A DNA stretch of 64,000 nt from a virus: IMG/VR virus record IMGVR_UViG_3300034069_001614. One strand, 5' to 3'. Positions 37,129 to 47,249 of this stretch are shown here, piece by piece; the first letter of the stretch is position 1, and each line of letters opens with the position of its first letter. The translations under genes and the position numbers were made by a program. The notes beneath the pieces were generated by a model. The model worked only from the letters and a program-made list of their open reading frames with translations. It ran no database searches and was not told the DNA's origin.

Positions 37129-37416
37129 TCAATCATTATCTGCTGTTAACTCCTTGCTTGATCCATCAGCAGAAATAGTGACCAAATTAATATAGACACC
37201 CAGTGAGGCTATTTCGGCAATAAGACAATCTAGTTGGTCTAGATGGTCAACATCACCTGAGATATGCATGTGGTAGCCGATACACTCGGCCTGCTGGAGA
37301 CGGGCTATTTCATCGCGATGTTTTTTATGGTCAGCAAATGATGCAACAGGTGGTGATAGATTAGAATCATGGTCCATATAACACGGCCTCTTTTTAACTG
37401 CTAACATAATCAACAA
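37129..37416 (-). CDS. hypothetical protein
   Basis: 95 aa ORF. Confidence 0.6.
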   Translation of the reverse strand: MLIMLAVKKRPCYMDHDSNLSPPVASFADHKKHRDEIARLQQAECIGYHMHISGDVDHLDQLDCLIAEIASLGVYINLVTISADGSSKELTADND

Positions 37417-38665
37417 ATTGTAAAGGAATGTTCCTAGCTTTTAAGGGATCGGTGATCAAATCCGGAATAAAAGGAGGATTAATTGAGTGATCCTGCCAAT
37501 CAACATCATTGTCTTGATGAGGTAAGAAGATAGATTTGGTTTGATGAGGATCACGCCAAATTAGGTAAGAGGGGCAAAGACCACATCCATAACTTGCCAT
37601 TCCTGATAAAGCACGGTTAGCTGCATCAGTGTAGAACTGTAGAGTTCCACTGGGTGTTACAGCAGTACTAAGCGTAAACACATTGGGGTTGTTGAACACC
37701 ACCAAGAAACTATGAAAATGAGTTAAGCGAGAATATTGAAAATCGGCATTAGCTAGAGTAGAAGAAGGTACCGCCGAATTATTTAAAAACACGGCCTCAT
37801 ACCCGTCGGTATATTTACGTGACGTCTGCGTAGCATCAGGTCCATATCGATCAGGGCGTCTTACTGTACGGGGGTTGTGACGGAACTGTTGAATCAAGGG
37901 AAGCTTGTTGCAGCTAATTTTTAGATGTGTTGCATCCGCAATCTTGAGGATGCGTTGATCACGATGATAAAAATAACCATCAATAACAGCAAAAACGGTT
38001 TTGTTAGCAATGGATTGTGTCAGCGTTACCGTGGCTGCTTGTTGGTAAGCGGGTTTGGAAACATTGGCTGTTGTTAACGGAATAAGAGTGTGCCCTCCAA
38101 TGGCCTTGGTGTCCACCAACACGACATCGTGGCGTCCTGTTAGGCGAATAGTGCGGTAACCATCTAACACAAACAACTGATTGTTAAAGTAGGTTGTTTG
38201 GTGAAATACCCCATTTACGGCGACCAAGCATTGACTCAAATCATCAGCACTGATAATGACCAGATCATCAAGATAGCCTCGCTTATCTACGTCGTCGAGG
38301 AGATAAGGTGTATCGACCGAGGTAAAATGAACACGGTAATCTTTGTACGAAATAGGATTTAATACTCTTAATCGATTGTTGTACAAGCCTGGGGAAATGG
38401 CTAGGGGGATATCGGTCGTAGAAAACCGCTCCACCAAAAGATCGTTTAGCCGACCATTAAATACTTGTCCAATCGGTTGGGTAATATCAAGATGAGATAA
38501 GTCTGTTAACAGGTCATTGATGGACAAGGTAAATACAGCAACCTTGTTGCGAACAAGAAGATAGGATTCCCCTGAGGCAAAGGTTGACAAAGGTTGGGTA
38601 AGGTCATCTGATTCACAGAGACGATTACGCGTCACGGTGATGGTTTTAATAGGTGTATAACTCAT
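37394..38665 (-). CDS. phiKZ-like baseplate/tail structural protein
   Basis: LVAVNGVFH, AVIDGYF repeats; position in structural block. Confidence 0.6.
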   Translation of the reverse strand: MSYTPIKTITVTRNRLCESDDLTQPLSTFASGESYLLVRNKVAVFTLSINDLLTDLSHLDITQPIGQVFNGRLNDLLVERFSTTDIPLAISPGLYNNRLRVLNPISYKDYRVHFTSVDTPYLLDDVDKRGYLDDLVIISADDLSQCLVAVNGVFHQTTYFNNQLFVLDGYRTIRLTGRHDVVLVDTKAIGGHTLIPLTTANVSKPAYQQAATVTLTQSIANKTVFAVIDGYFYHRDQRILKIADATHLKISCNKLPLIQQFRHNPRTVRRPDRYGPDATQTSRKYTDGYEAVFLNNSAVPSSTLANADFQYSRLTHFHSFLVVFNNPNVFTLSTAVTPSGTLQFYTDAANRALSGMASYGCGLCPSYLIWRDPHQTKSIFLPHQDNDVDWQDHSINPPFIPDLITDPLKARNIPLQFVDYVSS

Positions 38666-38712
38666 AAGGCTATCCTTATTATTAAATCATAGCATCAAAA
38701 CACCCTAAGGAT

Positions 38713-38740
38713 GAGTAGAGGGGTAGATACCCCTCTACTC
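38713..38740 (-). terminator. terminator-like hairpin
   Basis: 12-bp perfect stem. Confidence 0.65.
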
Positions 38741-38747
38741 GCCCGAA

Positions 38748-40436
38748 TCATACGTAGCTGCCGGTTACCACGTCAACAGGAACCCCGTACAAAATGTTAG
38801 AAACACTGCTAGAGACAATGTTAAGGAATTCTATCATCACACTGCGTCCAACATACGCACCTGTCGCATCACCAATAACAGAAAACAATTGTGAGTAACT
38901 GGTTAAAGCAATGGGTGCCGAAATGATCATAGCGCCAGATACAATATCGCGTACCACGAAATGGGTGGGTTGCTGAGGAATCTGGCTGATCGAAGGGTCG
39001 TAAGGTGGGGACGCTTGGGTGTAAAACGAATTTATAAAAGCAGCTTGATTAGCAAAAAGAGCACTGGAGACAAAATACTGCTGACGCCCATTGTCGTATT
39101 TCAACAACGGACGCCTGGAAAGGACAGTGTCAAGCCCGTAGATATACTGCGATGTGTTGGCATCACGAATCGACCATTTAACAAGCGTGGTAGGAGCACC
39201 GAATTTAATCACCACGTTTTGCTGATAAAGCGTACTGGTGGGATAATGTGTGGGATCCACCAGGTTCATGTCAACACCGATAGTGTAGGTCTGTGCTACG
39301 CCGAAATAAGAGCTGTCAGTAACCAAGCTACCCTGGGTGATAGAGACATAACCAGAAACATCAGCATGACTACGTCCATCAGCCCAATACGCCCAGTAGC
39401 GTACTTGATAACGAGCCTGTGCTGAGTTCCATTGTGGGATGGCCATGATCTTAACGGTCACACCCAGAATATTAGGAATGACGGTGACAGGTACGGTGAT
39501 GGTAATCATTTCTCCTGTTGGATCACCGATACTGGGGCTGATTGCTTCGCTGCGGGAACGGTAATATTTAACACTAACGTTCTGGGTCAGTCCCGAAAAG
39601 GAAGAGATAAAGTCATGTTGTCCATAAAGAATACACTTCACCCCATCAACGGGAGCCGTGGTGATACTACCATCGTCATAAACAAGATTAGCGGTAAGAC
39701 CTAGAGAATCGAAATCTTGCTTTTCATAAAGATAAAAAGTACCATTAGCAAGCTGTTGATTACCCGTTACGGTCATACCCGTAATCTTGGGAGCATACAG
39801 AACATCTTCGTTAATAACCGCTGATTCTTTGGTAAAAAGTAAGGCTGAATAAACCTCTGTACCCGCTTCATCAAAAATCTTAACGGTGATCTCTTCATTG
39901 TCGGTGAGGACCTGTGAGATATGACAACGAGGCAGATACCAGCTTGACATCGAGCTATCAAGTGGGGCAAGAGGCACCATTTGGGAAATAAGGGTGTTAG
40001 TGCTATCAAAATACTGAGACACCACACTTTCCTGCGCGGTGCCTGTGTTGCTGGTCAGGCTATAAAAACGCGGTGACTTTCCAATAAAGATACATTTGGC
40101 ATCAGGCGTCGCTGGATAAGGGAGCGCTCGGTAGTCAAGATAAAGACGTAAAACAGAATTGCCGTAGTTCAACATCGATACCACGGCATCATTGTTGGTA
40201 CTCAACGGAACGGCTACGTAAGACGGTACCATGGTAACTGGATCCACCCCTGTAACCCACAGCGGTGTTTCATCAACATCACGCACGAGTGACCCTGGAT
40301 AAGGAACAATCTTTTGGCGCAGATCAGCTAGATAAGCATCGTCAGTAAAGGTAGGATCGTAAATTTGACTACGGTCATACAACCCGGCATTTTTAGGTCG
40401 CAATAAGGCTGTGGGTGGAAGAATAGGATTTGTCAT
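38748..40436 (-). CDS. virion structural protein (phiKZ gp26-like)
   Basis: 562 aa; size and order relative to sheath match recalled phiKZ block. Confidence 0.65.
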   Translation of the reverse strand: MTNPILPPTALLRPKNAGLYDRSQIYDPTFTDDAYLADLRQKIVPYPGSLVRDVDETPLWVTGVDPVTMVPSYVAVPLSTNNDAVVSMLNYGNSVLRLYLDYRALPYPATPDAKCIFIGKSPRFYSLTSNTGTAQESVVSQYFDSTNTLISQMVPLAPLDSSMSSWYLPRCHISQVLTDNEEITVKIFDEAGTEVYSALLFTKESAVINEDVLYAPKITGMTVTGNQQLANGTFYLYEKQDFDSLGLTANLVYDDGSITTAPVDGVKCILYGQHDFISSFSGLTQNVSVKYYRSRSEAISPSIGDPTGEMITITVPVTVIPNILGVTVKIMAIPQWNSAQARYQVRYWAYWADGRSHADVSGYVSITQGSLVTDSSYFGVAQTYTIGVDMNLVDPTHYPTSTLYQQNVVIKFGAPTTLVKWSIRDANTSQYIYGLDTVLSRRPLLKYDNGRQQYFVSSALFANQAAFINSFYTQASPPYDPSISQIPQQPTHFVVRDIVSGAMIISAPIALTSYSQLFSVIGDATGAYVGRSVMIEFLNIVSSSVSNILYGVPVDVVTGSYV

Positions 40437-40437
40437 G

Positions 40438-43056
40438 TTAAATTAAAACCTGTTCTATAGCTAAAGGAGCGGGATTTAGAAGCAACGCAATCAATCGCTG
40501 TACCAACACCATCTGATCGGGTCTGTTGATGACAAAATTGTCAAAATGAGCCGCCAAGGTTACAAAGCGTCGATCAATCAAAGGATTATTGCCTAACAAC
40601 ACTGGATCTCTAGAGAGAAGCAGCGCGTAGGCATTAAACTGTTTCAAAAATTGATCATCTTTGACTTCATTAACAAGGGTCAAAACCCCTGTTGCAACAT
40701 CGGTGATAATGGCAGCAAGGTAAGGACTATAAAGAGCAAACAGATGCGACAGGACAACAGTTGGTGGGTAGGAGGGCGGCGTTCCGTTGAGTACCTTAAA
40801 GATGCGCGTCCGCAAATCGGTGTCAGGAGCAAATAGAACAGTAGCCATAAGCTTCTTGACACTGAAAGGAAGTGACCATTCAAGTAGATAAGGAATGCCT
40901 TGATCAAGGGGTTGCGGTGACGTCACCACGTCACCTACTTCGGTAACACCGCTAACCAACAACCCATGCGCGTAAGCACGCCCGCAGGACGCTGACCACA
41001 ACATGGGAGGTTCATGGCGGTGAAACTGATTGTTAATCACATACCCTTTGTCACTAGAAACCACCGCGTCACCGTGTACCACAATCTCCAGCATATTACC
41101 AGAAGATTCTAAATGCAGATAGTCCTCATTTGTTATCACCAACAACGTCTGCAGAACATCATCACTGCTTCCCATAACGGGATCACAACTATAATCCAAT
41201 CCCTCAACAAGGCGATAGCCATTAAGGTAGATTTCAAGCGTTGCATAACCCACTAGAGGGAAGAGGTTGTTATCCTGATCACTGGTTGTAAGAGGAATAA
41301 TGATTGGTTGTTTATTGGCGAGATAAGAATCCAACGAATAAACACCGCTACTCATTCCTCCATAAGGAACCAAATAGAAATGATCACCATAGTGTACCGG
41401 ATTGACCGACAACGTTACACTGTTGTCAGCATTCACAACCATGTGGTAGTCGCCAGGACTAACAGGTAGTGAATGATAACCCTTTGTGGTTGTATTCTGC
41501 CATATGGCTTGCGGTGTGTCATAGGACACGATCTTAACAAGAGTATAATCATCAGTGTCTAGAGAAAGCGTCGGCGCCGCAGTGGTAGGGTTAAAGCTAA
41601 TCGGCGTACGATTTCCCCCCTCAGTGAGATACACCGCCATGGTGGCATTAACATCGATATAGGTATCGGGTTTAAACGTTAGTTTAACCGTACTATTACC
41701 ACAATCAGCAATAACAACACTGTAGTCAGGGATCTTGCGACCATTAGCATACACTAGGGCTTGACAAGGATAACCAATCAAGCGTCGTGGTTTAGTGATT
41801 TCTACAGCATCCCCCTTGTATGTGTAGTAATGCATTGCCTGTGATAAGGTCGAGGCAACATCATAATACCCCATGGCGTCACTGTAACTTTGTAGAACAT
41901 CATCACCTGTAAAACTTGGGTAATCATACACCAAGCTTAAATACCCTGATTGTTCCAAATAAGCGGCATTCCATTCGGTAATGGGATGAAGTGACAGCCC
42001 TGCCAATTGCTTCTTTATTTCATCATCAGGCAGTACATACAGATCTTGAAGATGATTAATATTATCCACCAAGTCGATTGGGTTGGTGGAATACCGAACA
42101 TACAACCGAACTTTGATCGATGGGGCTCCCAATCCTTGCTGAAAAGCCTGAAGCGTGGTTCGTCCCATAGAAAAATCATTGTGGCTAATGGCTTCCAACG
42201 CATGAGGGTCTACGCGGTGACCATAAACCCCTTTGTTGTTAACCGCATCAAAAATACCAATGGTGATGGTATCGTGGGTAATCACATAGTTGTTAGGATT
42301 AAGGGCTTTGGGAATATGGAGAATCTCTCGGTATTCGCCAAATTTCTGACTGTAATACCCGGTTTGGTTATCATCCAAGAATAAGTCGCAATACCCAACA
42401 ATATCAGGGTCGCTGATAATCTCAACCACATCTGTTACGGACAAAGGGGGAATAGTGGTTGGATCATAGAGCCAACCATTGACATACACCATGGTACCCG
42501 CTGTATAATGGAGCATTGCATCGTGTAGAGCTGCTGTGACTACTGCAGGAGCAGTGGATTGGTAGAGCTGGCGCACGACTGGTGTTTGACGACTGGTGTC
42601 ACGATAAACCGTCATATACAGATTGGGATAGGAATCACCAGTACATGTTTTGGTAAAGATGGATCCAATCGCGATTAGCACTAAACTGCGTTGCGGATCA
42701 TAATAAGCATAGATTGCTTGATTGGGAATCATTTGACCTACTGCGGTATAGGCAGATAAGGTAATTGCCTGTTTCGTTAAAACATCCCCTGCATTAATCC
42801 ATTGGTAAGGTAGGAGATGAATAAAACGGCCAAACACCTCAATAGGAGCACGATACACTGCGTAAACCGTACCGGTGGTGGGGAGACCCACCACCGACAG
42901 GCTCACAGGGACGGCACCTAGCTGCGGTCGCGATGCAGCTTTGTTCAGGACAAAATTGGCTTGACCATGATCCTTGGTAGCATTCCATACTCGGTTAAAG
43001 TACGTCTTTTCCAAATGATCTAACATGGGTAGAGTCAAGCTCGATGGAAGTCGCAT
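40438..43056 (-). CDS. virion structural protein (phiKZ gp27-like)
   Basis: 872 aa; YLNGYRLVEGLDY, VYANGRKI repeats; synteny. Confidence 0.7.
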   Translation of the reverse strand: MRLPSSLTLPMLDHLEKTYFNRVWNATKDHGQANFVLNKAASRPQLGAVPVSLSVVGLPTTGTVYAVYRAPIEVFGRFIHLLPYQWINAGDVLTKQAITLSAYTAVGQMIPNQAIYAYYDPQRSLVLIAIGSIFTKTCTGDSYPNLYMTVYRDTSRQTPVVRQLYQSTAPAVVTAALHDAMLHYTAGTMVYVNGWLYDPTTIPPLSVTDVVEIISDPDIVGYCDLFLDDNQTGYYSQKFGEYREILHIPKALNPNNYVITHDTITIGIFDAVNNKGVYGHRVDPHALEAISHNDFSMGRTTLQAFQQGLGAPSIKVRLYVRYSTNPIDLVDNINHLQDLYVLPDDEIKKQLAGLSLHPITEWNAAYLEQSGYLSLVYDYPSFTGDDVLQSYSDAMGYYDVASTLSQAMHYYTYKGDAVEITKPRRLIGYPCQALVYANGRKIPDYSVVIADCGNSTVKLTFKPDTYIDVNATMAVYLTEGGNRTPISFNPTTAAPTLSLDTDDYTLVKIVSYDTPQAIWQNTTTKGYHSLPVSPGDYHMVVNADNSVTLSVNPVHYGDHFYLVPYGGMSSGVYSLDSYLANKQPIIIPLTTSDQDNNLFPLVGYATLEIYLNGYRLVEGLDYSCDPVMGSSDDVLQTLLVITNEDYLHLESSGNMLEIVVHGDAVVSSDKGYVINNQFHRHEPPMLWSASCGRAYAHGLLVSGVTEVGDVVTSPQPLDQGIPYLLEWSLPFSVKKLMATVLFAPDTDLRTRIFKVLNGTPPSYPPTVVLSHLFALYSPYLAAIITDVATGVLTLVNEVKDDQFLKQFNAYALLLSRDPVLLGNNPLIDRRFVTLAAHFDNFVINRPDQMVLVQRLIALLLNPAPLAIEQVLI

Positions 43057-43128
43057 GATCGTCCTTTCACCTGTTGAAATACAGATCTATAATAGAAGGG
43101 TAAAAAGTTTTATTACTATTACATGGAT

Positions 43129-44178
43129 TCACATTGTATTAAATAATTGCGGAGAAAGCATCACTTGATCCATCAAGGTCTGACCTTCTTTGATCAAGTT
43201 AAGGTTTTTCATGGAAAACGAAAGACCAATTCTCACGTGAGATAATACCAGCAGAATCATGAACAGAAAATAAGGTGGGTATTCCAAAGCAATAACTGAC
43301 ATATGTCCATCATTGCTTAAATTGCGAAACTTAGCATTAAGAACAGGTCGGGTGATACGAGATCCACCGTCGTGTCTAAGCTGACCATGTTCTAGTGCAT
43401 CAATCATTAAGCAAACCTCTTCCAAATTTTCCGGAACGGGCTTGCCTAATTCTTTGTCAATAAAACTTAAGATCTGTACAATGTCGTTGGGGTTGTTAAG
43501 CCCTAGATTTTTACCTTGTGCTTTAACAAACGTGGGGGCTATATCTGATGAGGTCATGAGACCTACATAGAAGACGCAAAACACGGTTTGGACAAAGCTT
43601 TGCGTAAGGGGAGAAAGGTTAAAAAACCGACTGATTTGTCCCCCTATGGTCATACTATAGACCTTGGCGACATAGCTAACCAGGGCCGGAGAAATCCAAC
43701 TATTTCCTCCTGAGCTATAGAAATTTCTCACTAGAAAATCGCGAACAACGCGGTGATGAAACTGCGTCACATCGCTAAAATCGCCATTTGCTTTGGTGAG
43801 ATCAGTGATGTTAATCACTAACTTATTGTTCAGTTCAGGGAACATTCGTACCAGGTTTTCGGTATGGGGCGATGCATCACTGATTTGACAAAGGTCAACA
43901 GGAATAAACGTTAGGTCAAGAGCTTCTCGCAATGCCAACGTCTTGCTAGGTAATTGCAACAGGCTATAAAGACGATTCTTTCCCACCACGGTTAAGCGGT
44001 GTACCATATCAGCAATTAAAGAATGTTGTGAAATACGTGTTTTAAACAATTCATTTTTTTGATTATCTGAAATGATAAAATTACGATTGCTGACCAAAAA
44101 CTCAACAAGATCATCCATCATTGATGGTGGTAGCGTGGATGCAACACTAAGCGTCTTGTAAATATTTTGCCGTCCCAT
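43129..44178 (-). CDS. virion protein (phiKZ gp28-like)
   Basis: 349 aa, ALEYPPYF motif; divergent from sheath. Confidence 0.6.
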   Translation of the reverse strand: MGRQNIYKTLSVASTLPPSMMDDLVEFLVSNRNFIISDNQKNELFKTRISQHSLIADMVHRLTVVGKNRLYSLLQLPSKTLALREALDLTFIPVDLCQISDASPHTENLVRMFPELNNKLVINITDLTKANGDFSDVTQFHHRVVRDFLVRNFYSSGGNSWISPALVSYVAKVYSMTIGGQISRFFNLSPLTQSFVQTVFCVFYVGLMTSSDIAPTFVKAQGKNLGLNNPNDIVQILSFIDKELGKPVPENLEEVCLMIDALEHGQLRHDGGSRITRPVLNAKFRNLSNDGHMSVIALEYPPYFLFMILLVLSHVRIGLSFSMKNLNLIKEGQTLMDQVMLSPQLFNTM

Positions 44179-44221
44179 GGGGTGAATAGCCTCCTTTTAC
44201 CATAACCATATTTAACATTTA

Positions 44222-44234
44222 ATCATAAGATTTG
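44222..44234 (-). promoter_or_regulatory. putative late promoter CAAATCTTATGAT
   Basis: identical to 35186..35198. Confidence 0.5.
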
Positions 44235-44257
44235 CATTTATTCAAGAAAGGATTACC

Positions 44258-46243
44258 ATGTTTGACAATGGTTACCCCACCTATCGTTTTTCATGGAACG
44301 ATCGATCTGGGGCGTCAACCGATACATCGTTTTCTGCCACCGATGGTCTTTGTGTTCCCTTTGCTTTTGTGATGGCTGAACGCGGTGATCCAGGGGCAAT
44401 TTATTTCGGTGGATCAGCTGAACTCACGCCCAAGCTTGGGGCAGCGACATTTGACCCTACTCAGCCCTATTTCAATACCTCTTCCTTGTTTGTCGGTACG
44501 GCGATGGCAGGTCAGGGTGTTGAGGTTATGCGTCTGGTAGATCCAGCGGCAACGATTGCCAGTCTGGGTTTGTTTGTATCAGTAACGCCTAAGGCTGTGA
44601 CGCAGTTTAAAAAGACGGCTAGCGGGGCACGAATACTCGACAAAAATGGTAACTATATTCCCCAGCTACAGGCTGATGGTGTAACCCCTGTTACCCAGCC
44701 TGGTATTGAGGTGAAATGGTCGATTCGTGAAATCGATGCTGATGAAGCGTTTAACGCGCTTTCTCCGGTCACAACGAATGTTGGTAATGTTACCACGACC
44801 ACCTATCCCGTTGTAGCTCTTCAGATGACGTCGCCGGGTAAATACGGTAATCGTCAAGGTTTTTCGTTCTACTCCACGACGACCAAAGATTCGTCGGTTT
44901 CACAAAGCATTGATTCGATTCTGTACCGCTTTGTTCCCATGGAACTTCCAACCACGGTATCAACCACGGCTGGTGCTTTGCTGGATGTTTACAGCTCTCA
45001 GTACAACGATGTGTCGTTTAAAAATTCGGCCATCTATGGAGGCACAAACACTAACTACAACATCGACTATGTATTCAGCAACAATTATGTCGATGCTGAT
45101 TCAGGTGATAATGTTCTTCCTTACACCATGTTCACCTACGGTGGTAACATTGGCGCAGTCGGCGAAGCAGCCCTTGCCGTTAGTCCAGAGCTTGTTGGTC
45201 TTGATCCTTACATGATCGATTTGATGTCATGTGCTGATCTAAACGGTAACCTATATGACCACATTCAGCTCGATGTTACCTCAGCAACGGTTGTAAACAG
45301 CAGCGTTATTAATTACGCTCAGGGGGGTAGCGATGGCGATACCAGCTGGAGCATGTTTGAACAGCTGGTAGGTAACTGGCTGGCTGGAAGTGACCATGGG
45401 GAGTTCCCTAACCTTCAGCAGCATCCCATGACCCATTTCTATGATCCTGGTTTTAGTCTCCCGACCAAAACCTTGCTTCTGAACATGTTGGATTTGCGAG
45501 ACAATTTCAAGATTGATTTAGCCACCCAGGATATTTCCTTGCCTGTTAACACCAAGGCAGAAGATATTTCGGTAGGCCAAACGCTCCTCTTTAGAGCGCA
45601 AATGCACCCTGAATCGGTTATCAATGGTGTTGGATGTACTCGTGTTGGTATCTACGCTCATGCCTCGACCCTGGCTAGCGGTGCTGCAAACGGTGTGGTG
45701 ATTCCGTTTAACTACAATCGCATGATCCAGCGTCGTAATCTGGATGGGGGTACTTACATCAAGGGTTCCTCTGGCGGTCGTCCAGGTAGTGATGTGACGC
45801 AGTTTCGTAAACCTAACTGGGTGGCTGATAATGAATCAGATCAGTCATTGGCTTGGGCTAACTGCATCAACGTTGTACGACATGCTACTCGTACAGCCAT
45901 CTTCTATCCATCACTGCGTACGGTCTATCCTAACGATACATCGCTGTTGTCGGATGACGAAGTGTCGGATCGCATTCTCTACATTTTCAAGATCGTGCGT
46001 GAAGTCTGGGCAGAATTTGTGGGAACCCGTAAAGAAGTTGCCAAACTGTTTCCTCAGATCCAGAAAGAAATTAACGATCGCTGTGCAGCAGCGCTTGCTG
46101 GGGACAATGTCAAGGTTAAGTCCACGGTGTTCCAGACAGCAGCTGACAGCAACCTTGGTTATCAGACCTCGGTTAATTTGGCGGTAACCGGAACCATGCC
46201 TTTGCGCACAATGAACTTCAACGTCATTGTTGCCAGGGAATAG
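44258..46243 (+). CDS. contractile tail sheath protein (phiKZ gp29-like)
   Basis: 661 aa; AERG, YAQGGSDG, FYDPGF, MHPES, FYPSLRTVY.NDTSLLS. Confidence 0.9.
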   Translation: MFDNGYPTYRFSWNDRSGASTDTSFSATDGLCVPFAFVMAERGDPGAIYFGGSAELTPKLGAATFDPTQPYFNTSSLFVGTAMAGQGVEVMRLVDPAATIASLGLFVSVTPKAVTQFKKTASGARILDKNGNYIPQLQADGVTPVTQPGIEVKWSIREIDADEAFNALSPVTTNVGNVTTTTYPVVALQMTSPGKYGNRQGFSFYSTTTKDSSVSQSIDSILYRFVPMELPTTVSTTAGALLDVYSSQYNDVSFKNSAIYGGTNTNYNIDYVFSNNYVDADSGDNVLPYTMFTYGGNIGAVGEAALAVSPELVGLDPYMIDLMSCADLNGNLYDHIQLDVTSATVVNSSVINYAQGGSDGDTSWSMFEQLVGNWLAGSDHGEFPNLQQHPMTHFYDPGFSLPTKTLLLNMLDLRDNFKIDLATQDISLPVNTKAEDISVGQTLLFRAQMHPESVINGVGCTRVGIYAHASTLASGAANGVVIPFNYNRMIQRRNLDGGTYIKGSSGGRPGSDVTQFRKPNWVADNESDQSLAWANCINVVRHATRTAIFYPSLRTVYPNDTSLLSDDEVSDRILYIFKIVREVWAEFVGTRKEVAKLFPQIQKEINDRCAAALAGDNVKVKSTVFQTAADSNLGYQTSVNLAVTGTMPLRTMNFNVIVARE

Positions 46244-46253
46244 TTCTTTTTTC

Positions 46254-46286
46254 AAGGAGGGGTGTCTATAAAACCCCTCCTTTTTT
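46254..46286 (+). terminator. intrinsic terminator
   Basis: AAGGAGGGGT/ACCCCTCCTT + TTTT. Confidence 0.7.
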
Positions 46287-46317
46287 ATAAACATGTCCGA
46301 CAAGGAGTTTTCCTACC

Positions 46318-47193
46318 ATGCCAGTCATGGACAATAGTCTTATTGCCAATGGCGGTTCCTTTGCCGCTTCCCCCAATTCTTATGTTGCCAACGTCAAGGA
46401 TGGTGGTCAGGTTGGTTTTGGCCCTATGCTGGGCAACCTCGACGCTAACACACCGCCTGTTTTTACCTCTCTCCAGTTGTTCGTGACCCACGTTCCCACG
46501 ATCTTTAACTATATTCCCAACGGTATTGAAACGTTTAAAGCGCTGTATGAAACTCATATGGTAAGCTTTGAAGGTCTTGACTTTGCTTACTCCATGGAAA
46601 TTGACGGTACGCCTGTGGGTCGTGACGGTCAGCTCCAGAACGTACCGACCCGCCAGGTGCGCTCGCAGATCTCTCCTACCGCCATGTGGCCTGAGAAGAT
46701 CGGTAACTTGGTGTTTAACATGCACCGGTTGTGGATGAACGCGATGCACGATGTTGACACTCAGGCATCATCGATGGCCGGTATTATTTCATCGGGGACG
46801 ACACTTCCTCCCCTGGTGGCCTCCATGTACGCCGCTGACTTCCTCTTTATTCAGTTTGATTCCACCTATCGTCCAGAGAACATCATCGACGCGTTTGCGA
46901 TGACCAACGTGTTCCCGACCGAAATTGGCTCACCTGGTTATCAGCTCAATACCCTGGAGACGCATCGTCCTGATCGTAACGTGACGTTCACAGGCATTGT
47001 TCAGCACAATGCAAACACCGTCAATGTTGCCAGAAATGTGGCAGGGCTGGTAAACTTGCATGAGGTAAATTACCAAGATGCCTTGCCTATTGCTCAAGGT
47101 ATTGAAAGCCAGCTTGCTGGTCAAGGTCTTGAATATCAGGCTGCTACGTATTTTCCTAATTTCGTTAACCAAAATGGTAACGTGTCAGCTTAA
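46318..47193 (+). CDS. tail tube protein (phiKZ gp30-like)
   Basis: 291 aa after sheath; E.H...FEGL, WPEKIG, NVFP.EIG. Confidence 0.85.
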   Translation: MPVMDNSLIANGGSFAASPNSYVANVKDGGQVGFGPMLGNLDANTPPVFTSLQLFVTHVPTIFNYIPNGIETFKALYETHMVSFEGLDFAYSMEIDGTPVGRDGQLQNVPTRQVRSQISPTAMWPEKIGNLVFNMHRLWMNAMHDVDTQASSMAGIISSGTTLPPLVASMYAADFLFIQFDSTYRPENIIDAFAMTNVFPTEIGSPGYQLNTLETHRPDRNVTFTGIVQHNANTVNVARNVAGLVNLHEVNYQDALPIAQGIESQLAGQGLEYQAATYFPNFVNQNGNVSA

Positions 47194-47205
47194 TTAAAGA
47201 ACAAG

Positions 47206-47240
47206 AAGTAGAGAGGAGGCAACATGCCTCCTCTCTACTT
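47206..47240. terminator. bidirectional terminator
   Basis: 16-bp perfect stem between convergent genes. Confidence 0.8.
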
Positions 47241-47249
47241 TCTATAAGG

